From the NCBI GenBank assembly GCA_037481695.1, contig JBBFLE010000006.1, forward strand, positions 129,530 to 193,529: DNA of 64,000 nt. The letters run 5' to 3'. The translations under genes and the position numbers were made by a program. Shown in pieces: positions 48,472 to 57,908 of this stretch (position 1 is the stretch's first letter; each line of letters begins with the position of its first letter). The notes below the pieces were generated by a model that did no database searches, was not told the origin of the DNA, and saw only the letters and a list, made by a program, of their open reading frames with translations. The DNA comes from a bacterium. GTDB taxonomy: Bacteria > Desulfobacterota > Desulfocorpusculales > Desulfocorpusculum.

Positions 48472-49791
48472 TCACCTCCTGGCTTCAGGCACAAGCCAAC
48501 CCGTGGTGCGGTTCTGGGGAAAAAGATAGTCCCTGGCTGCCCGCGCAAGGCTTGTGGAATCCACCTCCCTTAGCCCCCGGAGATGAACTGGTATTGATTT
48601 CCAACTCAAACAGAATTCGTACTGGGCCAGAGTCAAGGCCTGAGCCATGAGGGAATCCATAGACAAGATAAAGTTGCGTTCCATTTGCCCTTTTACCCGC
48701 TGCAAATCTTCTTCCAGGTTTCCATCCTGGGTCAGGATCTTCTCTATTTCCTCCTCCACCAGCTCTTCAGCCCTCTTTAGGGATCTGCCTGGAAGCACCC
48801 TGACCAATATGAAGAAAAGGCCAGGGTCCAGGGAAAGAAGTTGATACTCAGCCTCAACCCCCAAGGCCAGTTCTTCCTGCCGCACCAGCCTGCGGTATAG
48901 CCTGGAGCTTCGCCCTCCCCCCAACAGACAGGCCAAGACGTCCAAGGCCGGAGCCTGCTCGTGACCTAGTCTGGGCACATGAAATCCCATGGCCATGACT
49001 CCCACCTGAGTCTGTCTGCTTACCACAACCCTGCGTTCAGCCTTCTGCAGAGGCTCCACGACCCTTGGGGAGAAGCTGGCTTTTCGAGCCGGCAGATCTC
49101 CGAACCTATGCTCCAGCATGTCCCACCATCTCTGCGGCTCCATGTCTCCCACACCCACCATGAGCATATTTTCCGGAACATAGTGGGTCCTCATGTAACG
49201 CCGCAGGTCATTTATGGTAATATTTTCAATATCTTGCATCCATCCGATTATGGGCCACCTGTACGGGTGGCTGCTGTAAGCCGCAGCCTCAAGCTCCTCC
49301 AGCAACACAGCCTCGGGCTGTGTCTCGGTGCGAAGGCGCCTCTCTTCCATCACAACTTTCTTCTCGGATAAGAACTCCCCCCTTCTCCAACGCAGTCCCT
49401 TGATCCGGTCGCGCTCCAAATCCAAGGCCACATGAATCCTGTCTGCGGCCATGACCTCGTAGTAAGCGGTGAAATCCTTGGTGGTGAAAGCATTGGTCTG
49501 CCCGCCATGGGCTTGGATTATGCGCGAGAACTCCTCTGGAGCGATGTTCTTGGTGCCCTTGAACATCATATGTTCCAGAAGGTGGGAAAGGCCGGTCAGA
49601 CCCACGGACTCGTCTCTGGAGCCCACCTTGTACCAAATTTGAAAGGTAAGCAGAGGGGATACTGACCTTTGTCTGAACAAGACTCTTATTCCGTTGGAAA
49701 GGCTCCCCTCCTGGACGCTTTCCAGAAAACGTGAGATATCCCCTCCGTCCAAGTCCAAACTCCCTGCCAACCCCTTTTTTGCGGTTCCCAC
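48472..49791 (-). CDS. M16-family zinc peptidase (pitrilysin-like), catalytic subunit
   Basis: Inverted zinc motif HLLEHMMF (HxxEH) plus downstream Glu; 439 aa. Confidence 0.85.
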   Translation of the reverse strand: MGTAKKGLAGSLDLDGGDISRFLESVQEGSLSNGIRVLFRQRSVSPLLTFQIWYKVGSRDESVGLTGLSHLLEHMMFKGTKNIAPEEFSRIIQAHGGQTNAFTTKDFTAYYEVMAADRIHVALDLERDRIKGLRWRRGEFLSEKKVVMEERRLRTETQPEAVLLEELEAAAYSSHPYRWPIIGWMQDIENITINDLRRYMRTHYVPENMLMVGVGDMEPQRWWDMLEHRFGDLPARKASFSPRVVEPLQKAERRVVVSRQTQVGVMAMGFHVPRLGHEQAPALDVLACLLGGGRSSRLYRRLVRQEELALGVEAEYQLLSLDPGLFFILVRVLPGRSLKRAEELVEEEIEKILTQDGNLEEDLQRVKGQMERNFILSMDSLMAQALTLAQYEFCLSWKSIPVHLRGLREVDSTSLARAARDYLFPQNRTTGWLVPEARR

Positions 49792-49792
49792 C

Positions 49793-50332
49793 TCAGAATC
49801 TCTCCCTGTGGAGGAACTCGGCTATCTCCCTTCTCTTGGGAGCAGAAGATGGGGCCGAAGGGTATCCCAAAGGTACCATGGCTACCACCTCATATCCCTC
49901 AGGTACATTGAGCAAAGACCTCACTTTGTCGTGGTCGAACAGTCCCACAACGACCGTTCCAAGACCCAGGGCATGGGCCATGAGGCAAAGATTCTGGGTC
50001 GCAAGCCCAAGGTCAAACATGAACCAATCCCCGAACTTGGTAGTCACTTGGCCCTTGTAATAGCCCGAGCTTTGAAGCTTGCCGCATATAACCAGCACCA
50101 AAGGTGCCTCCACCATGGCTTTGGCAGCAGGATTACCCTTGGCCAAGGTCTCCTGAAGAGATTCTTTTAAAGAAGCATCCTTTACAAGGATTATTTCCCA
50201 ACACTGGGTATTTGCCCAAGAAGGAGCCCACTGAACAGCCTGGAGAACCTTTTCCAGGGCCTCCTGGGGAACATCTCTGGGCTCAAAACGCCTCACGCTC
50301 CTGCGGGTCATCATGAGTTCCAAGATATCCAT
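49793..50332 (-). CDS. Nitroreductase-family flavoprotein
   Basis: 179 aa; RRSVRRF FMN-binding motif; stop abuts the M16 start. Confidence 0.8.
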   Translation of the reverse strand: MDILELMMTRRSVRRFEPRDVPQEALEKVLQAVQWAPSWANTQCWEIILVKDASLKESLQETLAKGNPAAKAMVEAPLVLVICGKLQSSGYYKGQVTTKFGDWFMFDLGLATQNLCLMAHALGLGTVVVGLFDHDKVRSLLNVPEGYEVVAMVPLGYPSAPSSAPKRREIAEFLHRERF

Positions 50333-50423
50333 GCTTGCCTCCTGGGGTATAATGATTTGAGGCCATTTTGGTCCAGGCTCCGAAGCCTGTCAACGCTCAT
50401 GGCAAAACAAGAAGGAACATACG

Positions 50424-51011
50424 ATGGAGCCTCTGATCCTGGCATCCAGTTCCAGAAGAAGAAAAGATCTGATGGAACTACTGGGTGTACCCTTCCAGGT
50501 GGTGCCCAGCCTGGCAAGGGAAGAATTGATCAGGGCCAGGTGTCCCCAAGAACTGGCCACCCAGGCCGCTCGTTTGAAAGCCTACGAGGTGGCCGGGCGC
50601 TATCCAGCCAGATGGGTGATTGGAGCCGACACAGACGTTTGGGTGGATGGGATGAGCCTGGGTAAGCCCAGGGATGAGGAGGATGCCCGCCGCATGCTGA
50701 GGCTGCTTCAGGGAAAGGTTCACCTTGTGGTGACAGGCGTTTGTGTGGTTTGTATTGACAAGGGCCTGGAGAAAACCTCTGCGGTCTCAACATTGGTGCA
50801 AATGAGGCAGATGTCGGAACAAGAGGTAGCGTGGTACGTTTCAACGGGCGAACCCCTGGATAAGGCAGGAGCCTATGGGATTCAAGGCCTCGGGGGGATC
50901 TTTGTGAGCAGTATCCAGGGCTCCTACACAAATGTCGTAGGCTTGCCCCTTTCTGAGCTGGTCCTGATCTTGCGGGAGTTGGGAGCATGGGACTTTTTGA
51001 GGCCACAATGA
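50424..51011 (+). CDS. maf: Maf-like nucleoside triphosphate pyrophosphatase
   Basis: LILASSSRRRKDLM, VIGADT, AYGIQG motifs. Confidence 0.85.
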   Translation: MEPLILASSSRRRKDLMELLGVPFQVVPSLAREELIRARCPQELATQAARLKAYEVAGRYPARWVIGADTDVWVDGMSLGKPRDEEDARRMLRLLQGKVHLVVTGVCVVCIDKGLEKTSAVSTLVQMRQMSEQEVAWYVSTGEPLDKAGAYGIQGLGGIFVSSIQGSYTNVVGLPLSELVLILRELGAWDFLRPQ

Positions 51012-51706
51012 AGCATGAGACCTCCATAAGCAGGAATCTAGAAAAGGTAAGAGAGAGAATTGCCGAGGCCTGCCTGCGCAGCGGCAGGGACCCCCAGGAG
51101 GTGCGGCTCTTGGCTGTGAGCAAGACCGTAGGATGCGAGCGAATCAGAGAGGCTCTTCAATGTGGGCAGCGGTTGTTCGGAGAAAACTACGTGCAGGAGG
51201 CCCTGCCCAAGATCCATGAATTAGGTGCCGGAATAGAGTGGCACTTCATAGGTCATCTACAAAGTAACAAGGCCAAGCACGTGGTGGGGAACTTCCAGAT
51301 GGTCCAGACCCTGGACAGATTCTCCCTGGCCAGAGAGCTGGACAGAAGGGCCCCAGAGGGCCAGCCTCTGCGGGTTCTAATTCAGGTCAATGTGGCAGGG
51401 GAACAGAGCAAATCCGGGATTGCTCCTGAGGATCTGGAAGCTCTGCTGGAGCAGGTGGCAGAGCTAAAAGCAATCAGGATTTGCGGACTCATGACCATAC
51501 CGCCCATGAGCTCAGACCCAGAGCAGGCCAGGCCCTATTTTAGGAAACTCAGCCAGTTAAGGGAGCGTTACAGCAGACAACTGGCTTCTCCCCACTGTCT
51601 GGATGAGCTTTCCATGGGCATGACAGGGGATTTGGAGGTGGCTGTGGAGGAGGGGGCCACCATTGTGAGAGTGGGGACAGCCATATTCGGACCCAGAGAA
51701 GCTTAG
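51008..51706 (+). CDS. yggS: YggS-family pyridoxal-phosphate homeostasis protein
   Basis: LLAVSKT (PLP lysine), HFIGHLQSNK; ATGA overlap with maf. Confidence 0.85.
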   Translation: MKHETSISRNLEKVRERIAEACLRSGRDPQEVRLLAVSKTVGCERIREALQCGQRLFGENYVQEALPKIHELGAGIEWHFIGHLQSNKAKHVVGNFQMVQTLDRFSLARELDRRAPEGQPLRVLIQVNVAGEQSKSGIAPEDLEALLEQVAELKAIRICGLMTIPPMSSDPEQARPYFRKLSQLRERYSRQLASPHCLDELSMGMTGDLEVAVEEGATIVRVGTAIFGPREA

Positions 51707-51906
51707 CCTTGGGGGGATTGGCTGATCCCCAGTGAGGCAGCCTAAGATTACGATATCCTGGTATGAACTCATCTGCGTTCAGATGCAGCTTGATTTTCCC
51801 TGTGGATTGCTTCTCTGGGCTAGGCCTGAGCATGAGCAAAGATGTGAGGGAGACAGGGGGCAAAGCCCACAAGCTCACCTTTACTGGAAAATAATCCGGG
51901 TCAGAG

Positions 51907-51929
51907 AAAAAAAGGGGTGAGGCACACCC
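51907..51929 (-). terminator. Intrinsic terminator candidate downstream of proC
   Basis: On the minus strand: GGGTG-ugccu-CACCC followed by UUUUUUU. Confidence 0.4.
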
Positions 51930-51946
51930 GTGGAAGTTCTGAGAGG

Positions 51947-52774
51947 TTACTTTCTTTCAAGCTCCAATCCCAGTTCTCGAGCCCTCTGGGTGGCCTGCTC
52001 TACTGCCTGGGAAATCAGGCCTCTAAAGCCTGCCCTTTCCAGAACTGCCAGACCGGCCAATGTGGTGCCTCCCGGCGAGCAGACCTGTTCTTTTAGCTGG
52101 GCAGGGTGTTGCGAGGAGATCACGAGCATTTCAGAGGCTCCCCTCAAGGTTTGGAAAACCATTTTTCTGGCCGAGTTCCATGGGATGCCCATGCGGACTC
52201 CCGCCTCCACCAATGCCTCGGCGAACAAAAAGACATATGCAGGGCCACTTCCATTGAGCCCTGTGGCAACATCCATGAGTTCCTCCCTGAGTTCCACCAC
52301 CTCCCCCACTGCTTGGAACAAAGCCCTGGCTTTGGCCATGTCCTCTGAGGTGGCGTGTTTTCCCGGGGCCAGAGCCGAGCATCCCATTGAGAGTAGGCAG
52401 GGGGTGTTGGGCATGGCCCGGATGAGGCGGACTCCAGGGGAAAGTCGGGCCTCCAGGAAGCCAAGGGGAATTCCGGCTGCTATGCTTACCAGGAGGTGTC
52501 TGGGCCCAAGTCCCTTAGCCAGCTCATCCAAGGCAGGGGGCACATCCTGGGGCTTGACCGCCAAGATCACTGTGGAGGTCTTGTGTGCCACCTCCTGCGT
52601 GGAGGCAGCAGCTTGTATCCCAAGCTCCCGAATCAAGGGCATTAGAGTTTCCTGCCTGGGGTCTGCGGCCAATATGCGGTCCCCCTCGCAGAAGCCGGAT
52701 CTTACCAAGCCTCTTATGAGGGCTGAGCCCATCTGGCCCGCCCCCACAAAGCCTATATCAAAAGACTGGGCCAT
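51947..52774 (-). CDS. proC: Pyrroline-5-carboxylate reductase
   Basis: N-terminal Rossmann IGFVGAGQMGSA; conserved ProC C-terminal dimerisation domain. Confidence 0.9.
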   Translation of the reverse strand: MAQSFDIGFVGAGQMGSALIRGLVRSGFCEGDRILAADPRQETLMPLIRELGIQAAASTQEVAHKTSTVILAVKPQDVPPALDELAKGLGPRHLLVSIAAGIPLGFLEARLSPGVRLIRAMPNTPCLLSMGCSALAPGKHATSEDMAKARALFQAVGEVVELREELMDVATGLNGSGPAYVFLFAEALVEAGVRMGIPWNSARKMVFQTLRGASEMLVISSQHPAQLKEQVCSPGGTTLAGLAVLERAGFRGLISQAVEQATQRARELGLELERK

Positions 52775-52920
52775 GGCATTCCTCCTGGAAGATATGGCTC
52801 TTGGGAATCTACAGCAGGCAAATCACCGTGTCAAACGCACTTTCCAGGCATCCCCAAAGGGTATAATTCACCCGGGTTGGAGGTTCCAGAGGCTTTTTTC
52901 AGGGAGAGGACTGAAAGGAA

Positions 52921-53766
52921 ATGCTCTGTGGCCATGAGGCCCTTTATGTGTGTACCCATGCTTGGGTGCCCGAGCACCTGGTGGACTATGTGGCAACAGT
53001 CTCGGGCAAGGAGGCCTTCCTGGTGGAAGATTTTGTTTGTTACAGGGGGCAAGGGGTGGTGCTTGTGGTGGGATATCCATTGGGGCAGGCTTTTGAGATC
53101 CATGCACTAATTAAGACTCTGGAGCATATTAAGAAAGAGATTCGTCCCAGCAGGCTTTTTTTGATCGCTCCTGAGATCCCACCTTGGGAAGGCCTGAGGC
53201 CCACCGGAGCATCGGATAGCTATTTTCGGCTGGATTTGGGAGGTTTCAGGCCTTCTCCAAAGGTGCAAAACATGCTTAGAAGGGCGAGCAGGGAGCTGGA
53301 TGTCCTGGAGAGTCCCCGGGCGGGAAAAGAGCACGAGGCGCTCCTGGAGCAGTTTTTGGCCAGCAAGAGGCTCTCTGGGGAGTCCCAGAGAATCTTGAAA
53401 GCCCTTCCCAGGTACGTTGAAGAGGTGGCCGGGTCTATTTTGTTTGACGCCTATGACAAGAAAGGCCGCCTTGTATCTTTTTGCGTGGGTCAAATGGGTG
53501 CAGGAGATTGGGCCTTCTATATGTTCCATGTGAACTCCCCTTCTTTGAGGGTGCCTGGCTCGTCTGACCTGGTGCTGGGGGCCTTCTTGAATAAGGCCAT
53601 GGAGCAGAACAAGCGTTTCGTGAATCTGGGCCTTGGGGTCAATCCGGGAGTGAGCTTTTTCAAGAAAAAATGGGGAGCCTCCTCCTTTGTGGATTACAAA
53701 GAGGCAAGTGTCTTTTGGGGAAGGTGGAGGTGCACAATAGAGTTGTTTTCCCAGGGCAGGGGGTAA
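52921..53766 (+). CDS. FemAB/Acetyltransf_6-like GNAT-fold protein, paralogue 1
   Basis: C-terminal LGLGVNPGVSFFKKKWG resembles the FemAB-family ...FKKGY/FG motif; shares VPEH, RPSRL, YFRL-L blocks with paralogue 2. Confidence 0.4.
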   Translation: MLCGHEALYVCTHAWVPEHLVDYVATVSGKEAFLVEDFVCYRGQGVVLVVGYPLGQAFEIHALIKTLEHIKKEIRPSRLFLIAPEIPPWEGLRPTGASDSYFRLDLGGFRPSPKVQNMLRRASRELDVLESPRAGKEHEALLEQFLASKRLSGESQRILKALPRYVEEVAGSILFDAYDKKGRLVSFCVGQMGAGDWAFYMFHVNSPSLRVPGSSDLVLGAFLNKAMEQNKRFVNLGLGVNPGVSFFKKKWGASSFVDYKEASVFWGRWRCTIELFSQGRG

Positions 53767-53772
53767 GCTCAG

Positions 53773-54636
53773 ATGTTGAGTCCTGAAGAAATGCGAAAGG
53801 TTATGGAGAAGGCCTATGTTCCGGAGCACGTGGTGCCTCTTATGGAAGGGCTCTCGGGAGGAGAGGCCTTTCTCTTGGGAGAGTTTCTTTTTTTTGTGGG
53901 AGAAGATTGGCTCATAATGGTGGGATTCCCTCTGGAAGAATCTTCCAGTAAAGAGATGGAGAGAAAGCTCAAATTGGCGGAAAAGAGGTTTCGTCCCTCC
54001 CGCCTGTGGTTTGTGGGACCCCAGGTGCCTGATTTCTTGGACAAAGCATGTGTGGAGAGACAATGGGATCAATACTTCAGGCTGAATCTCATATCCCCTG
54101 GAGGCTCCCCATGGTCTCCACCAAGAAGACTCAAGAAGCTGGCTGCTAAGGCAGGGGGGAAGTTCCTGGTGGATTGCTCGGGCAAGTACGGCTCGGCTCA
54201 CAAGGAGATGACCCAGGAGTTCTTGCAAAACAGGGATCCAGGACCCAAGATCAGGGAATTCTATGGGAGGATGCCCCTGTACCTGGAGCGGACGCAAAGT
54301 GCTTTGCTTCTGAGTGCTTGGGACATGCTGGGCAGGCTGGCTGGGTACAGCGTCTTGGAGCTGGCGGCAGCGAGGTTCTCGGTTTATGTGGCAGGGGCCT
54401 CCAGGAGGCAAAGCTGGGCCTCTTATGCTTCGGATCTTCTCATGGCCGAGATGGCCCGCATCTCCATATTAGAAAAAAAAGAGTTCATGCACCTGGGTCT
54501 GGGAGTCAATACAGGCATCACCCGTTTCAAGAGAAAATGGGGTGGCACTCCCTGGCTGGATTACCGGGTTTGCGGCTGGGAAAGGCCCCTTTCCAAGATT
54601 CAGAGGTTCGTAAAGAGTCTGGGGGGCATGGGTTGA
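53773..54636 (+). CDS. FemAB/Acetyltransf_6-like GNAT-fold protein, paralogue 2
   Basis: Same conserved blocks (YVPEHVV, RPSRLWF, YFRLNL, LGLGVNTGITRFKRKWG); 6 bp after paralogue 1. Confidence 0.4.
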   Translation: MLSPEEMRKVMEKAYVPEHVVPLMEGLSGGEAFLLGEFLFFVGEDWLIMVGFPLEESSSKEMERKLKLAEKRFRPSRLWFVGPQVPDFLDKACVERQWDQYFRLNLISPGGSPWSPPRRLKKLAAKAGGKFLVDCSGKYGSAHKEMTQEFLQNRDPGPKIREFYGRMPLYLERTQSALLLSAWDMLGRLAGYSVLELAAARFSVYVAGASRRQSWASYASDLLMAEMARISILEKKEFMHLGLGVNTGITRFKRKWGGTPWLDYRVCGWERPLSKIQRFVKSLGGMG

Positions 54637-54674
54637 GACTCTGGGATCTTATCACGGAGGAAAGGCCCCTGGCC

Positions 54675-55472
54675 ATGGTCTGGCTTCTGGAGAAGCAGGG
54701 GAGATCTTCCTGGCTGGTGGGTTCGGCCCATTTCTTCCCTTACAAGTTCCGCAGAGCACTGGAACACCTGCTGCGAGAGGCCCGTGTTTTGCTACTGGAG
54801 GGCCCCCTGGAACTGGGGGACTTGAGGCAGGTGGCTCAAAAGGGCCTGGTCTCTCAAGAAGGAGGTCTGAGCCCATTCTTGGATGAGGTATGCCTGGCAA
54901 GACTCCATAAGGTGCTTGGGCCTGCAGGCTCCAGGGCAGGGGAGTTGATGCCTGGGATCTTGAGCCTTGGGCCCTCCCAAGGCAACACCTTGAAGTCCAT
55001 TTTGGACAGCATGCAGCCGTGGATGGCTTTTTTCACCCTGTGGGTAAGCTATCTGGAACGTCTTGGATGGATCTATCATATGGACCGGGATGGATTGCAC
55101 ATAGGAAAAAGAATGGGTTGCCAGGTCATTTACCTGGAGTGTCTAGAGGAGCAGATCCAGGCCCTGGAGCAGATCCCGAAGGAGAGGATAGTCTCTTTCC
55201 TCAAGGCGGCCCATATGTGGAAGAACTACAGTGGCCTTTATGTGAGGCTGTACCTCAGGGGGGATCTGCAAGGGCTTCTTGGGCTTTCCGGGGGCTTTCC
55301 GAGCCGCTGTCCGGCTGTGATAGACAGGAGAGACCGCTTGCTTTATGAACGCATGCTTCCCTACCTGGAGAAGGGGGGGGCTGTGGCGCTGGTTGGGGCG
55401 CCTCACACAAAGGCCATATTAGGTTGGCTTGATAAAGAAGGTTACCTTGTGCGACAGGTGCGGGTGGCTTGA
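54675..55472 (+). CDS. TraB/GumN-family protein
   Basis: LVGSAHF... and C-terminal VGAPH motifs characteristic of TraB/GumN/Tiki; ATG at 54675 (the upstream ORF extension looks spurious). Confidence 0.55.
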   Translation: MVWLLEKQGRSSWLVGSAHFFPYKFRRALEHLLREARVLLLEGPLELGDLRQVAQKGLVSQEGGLSPFLDEVCLARLHKVLGPAGSRAGELMPGILSLGPSQGNTLKSILDSMQPWMAFFTLWVSYLERLGWIYHMDRDGLHIGKRMGCQVIYLECLEEQIQALEQIPKERIVSFLKAAHMWKNYSGLYVRLYLRGDLQGLLGLSGGFPSRCPAVIDRRDRLLYERMLPYLEKGGAVALVGAPHTKAILGWLDKEGYLVRQVRVA

Positions 55473-55517
55473 AGATCTCCCCGAGCAAGAAAGCTTTGCT
55501 GTAAGAGGAGGTTCCAG

Positions 55518-55958
55518 GTGAGACTCGTGGAGACAATGGATTTGCCCAATGGGCTCAGACTGGAGTTTTGGGACGAGTCCAGGCCGGTTGCCGGCGACAG
55601 GTGGTACGTGGGGCTCAGGGCCGTGATTCCGGTGGCCATCCCAGAGGCCTTGGAAAAATCGGCCCCAAGCATTGCAATGCTCAAAGAGGCCCTGGGAGGG
55701 CAGGCCTTTTATCACCACTTGATGGAGCGGCATTTCATTGCCAAAGAGCAGGTCTGTTCATTGCTTAGGGAAATGCGTCAGCACTTTCTGGCTAACTCCT
55801 TGAGCTATCTGTCCCATAAAGAGTTCCCCAGGAGATTCTTGCTTGCCAAGTCTTCGGAGCTGGAGAAGAGAAAGGCCTGGGGGGCTGAGTATGTGGAAAA
55901 GCTCCTGCAAGAACTTCGCAGGCCCAAGTCCATCCCCCAGGAGGGTGAATTGACTTGA
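55518..55958 (+). CDS. Hypothetical protein (146 aa)
   Basis: ORF with coding-like composition co-directional in the cluster; no recognisable motif. Confidence 0.4.
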   Translation: MRLVETMDLPNGLRLEFWDESRPVAGDRWYVGLRAVIPVAIPEALEKSAPSIAMLKEALGGQAFYHHLMERHFIAKEQVCSLLREMRQHFLANSLSYLSHKEFPRRFLLAKSSELEKRKAWGAEYVEKLLQELRRPKSIPQEGELT

Positions 55959-56054
55959 AGGCTCATTGTTTGTTACCGTGATACAAGGGCTTTTTCCCAT
56001 TGAGCAACCGGTGAGCTTGCTCAATCCCAGATCAAGGCGAAAAAGGAGGGACAG

Positions 56055-56477
56055 ATGGCTACAGTTGAAGGCTACGAGATGCCAGAGGATCTTTACTACC
56101 ACAAGGAGCACATGTGGGCGCGGGTACAAGGAGACATAGCGGTAGTGGGAATCACGGATTTCGCCCAGAAGCTGGCCGGGGACATAAGCTTCGTGGATAT
56201 GCCTGAGCAAGGCGATGAGGTGGAGCAAGGAGACAGGGTGGGCACCATAGAAACTGGCAAGTGGCTGGGCAAGCTCTACGCTCCGGTTTCCGGCGAGGTG
56301 GTGGCTCGCAACGAGGCCGTGGAGGATGATCCCACGGTCATCAACAGGGATGTTTACGGCGAAGGATGGATATTTAAGATAAAGATGAGCGATTCTTCAG
56401 AGCTGGAAAACCTCATGAAGGGTCAGGAGGCCATAGCCTGGCTAAAAGGGGAAATAGAGAAACACGCCAAGAAGTGA
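56055..56477 (+). CDS. gcvH: Glycine-cleavage H-protein-like lipoyl carrier (orphan)
   Basis: IETGKWLGKLYAPVSGEV matches the ESVKAASDLYAPVSG lipoyl-lysine region; no gcvT or gcvP nearby. Confidence 0.75.
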   Translation: MATVEGYEMPEDLYYHKEHMWARVQGDIAVVGITDFAQKLAGDISFVDMPEQGDEVEQGDRVGTIETGKWLGKLYAPVSGEVVARNEAVEDDPTVINRDVYGEGWIFKIKMSDSSELENLMKGQEAIAWLKGEIEKHAKK

Positions 56478-56556
56478 GGATTTTGCGGAGGCAGTAAACA
56501 GGACATATTACCAAATTCCACATCCTCAAGCTCTCTGGGAGATGAAAGGCTGAGAC

Positions 56557-57804
56557 ATGGAGATAACGGTTCCGTACGGTCAAGGAGAGATAAAGGTCAG
56601 GGTGCCTGAGGAGAACCTGCTGGGAGTGTACCATCCCAACGAGGTAAGGCCGCAGCCCGAGAAGGAGACTCTTCTTAGAGCTTTGGAGAATCCCATGGGA
56701 GGCCCTGGTTTTGCAGATTTCCTGGAAGGGGCCGGTGAGGTTCTCTTCATAGTAAACGATGGCACCAGGCCCACCCCCACTGCCAAGGTCTTGGAGATTC
56801 TTCAGGCCCACCTGCGAAAGATAGATGCCCGCTTCATTGTGGCCACGGGGTGTCATAGAGCTCCCACAGAAGAAGAATATCGATTCATCTTCGGACCTCT
56901 GTATCAGGAGTTCAAAAACAAGATATATGTGCACGACTCCCGAAATGAGCGGGAAATGGTGTACCTGGGCACATCCAAGAACGGCACCCAGATGTACGTC
57001 AACCATCACGGAGTAAAGGCTGACAGGCTGGTGGCCATCAGCTCAGTGGAACCCCATTATTTTGGTGGTTACACAGGGGGCAGGAAGAGCTTTTTGCCCG
57101 GGATTGCCTCTTACAAGACCATAGAGCAGAACCACAAGTACGCCATTCGACCCGAGGCCAAGAGTTTGGCTCTGGCGGGCAACCCCGTGCATGAGGACAT
57201 GATAGACGCCCTCAAGAGCGTGGAAGGCAAGCCCATTTTCTCCATCCAGGTGGTTTTGGATAAGGATCGAAAGATCTACGGGGCCACCTCAGGGGATATT
57301 CACGCCTCCCTGGAAGGAGCCATTGAAAAGGCCAACGAGCTTTTTTGTGTAAAGGTTCCACAGAAGGCGGACATAGTCGTGTCCGTGGCCCCTTACCCCA
57401 TGGATGTGGATCTTTATCAGTCCCAGAAGGCCCTGGAAAGCGGCAAGCTGGCCCTCGAGCAAGACGGTATACTGATAATGGTTAGCAAGTGTCGCACTGG
57501 AATCGGGGAGAGGGCTTTCTTTGAACTATTGGCCAGGGCAGGAGGAAACCCTGCCAAGGCTCTGGAGGAGATAGACAGGGGCTATAAGCTGGGATATCAC
57601 AAGGCTGCCAAGATGGCAGAAATTGCACTCTGGGCTCAAATGTGGGCTGTTACTGACCTTCCGGATTCGGATCTGGAGGCTGTTTTCATGAGGCCTTTTC
57701 ATGACCTCCAGAAGGCCTTGGATGAGGCCCTGGCTGCCAAGGGAAAGGACGCCAAGGTGCTTTTTCTCATGGACGGATCAATAACCGTGCCCATGTTGTC
57801 CTGA
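56557..57804 (+). CDS. larA: LarA-like nickel-pincer-dependent 2-hydroxyacid (lactate) racemase homologue
   Basis: NDGTRPTP, ATGCHR, GGYTGGRKS (Lys corresponding to the NPN-tethering residue), DUF2088-like architecture. Confidence 0.7.
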   Translation: MEITVPYGQGEIKVRVPEENLLGVYHPNEVRPQPEKETLLRALENPMGGPGFADFLEGAGEVLFIVNDGTRPTPTAKVLEILQAHLRKIDARFIVATGCHRAPTEEEYRFIFGPLYQEFKNKIYVHDSRNEREMVYLGTSKNGTQMYVNHHGVKADRLVAISSVEPHYFGGYTGGRKSFLPGIASYKTIEQNHKYAIRPEAKSLALAGNPVHEDMIDALKSVEGKPIFSIQVVLDKDRKIYGATSGDIHASLEGAIEKANELFCVKVPQKADIVVSVAPYPMDVDLYQSQKALESGKLALEQDGILIMVSKCRTGIGERAFFELLARAGGNPAKALEEIDRGYKLGYHKAAKMAEIALWAQMWAVTDLPDSDLEAVFMRPFHDLQKALDEALAAKGKDAKVLFLMDGSITVPMLS

Positions 57805-57908
57805 TCGGCCTAAAGAACATTCGTCCTTGAAATCTGGGGCAGTTTCGCCCCTTTTTAGCCGCAAGGGGTTTACAACTCTTCGGGAAGCACAAAACGAGGT
57901 GATGGAAG

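Noticed and set aside
53107-54411. 434-aa ORF on the minus strand, antisense to the FemAB-like paralogues; similar long antisense ORFs at 36620..37312, 7134..7904 and 1429..2142
   Set aside because: Typical GC-rich-genome antisense ORFs: low-complexity Pro/Arg/Gly-rich translations, no motifs, fully overlapped by well-supported genes on the other strand
54174-54674. 167-codon upstream extension of the TraB-family ORF
   Set aside because: Overlaps the 3' end of paralogue 2 in another frame. TraB homology starts at MVWLLEK (54675)
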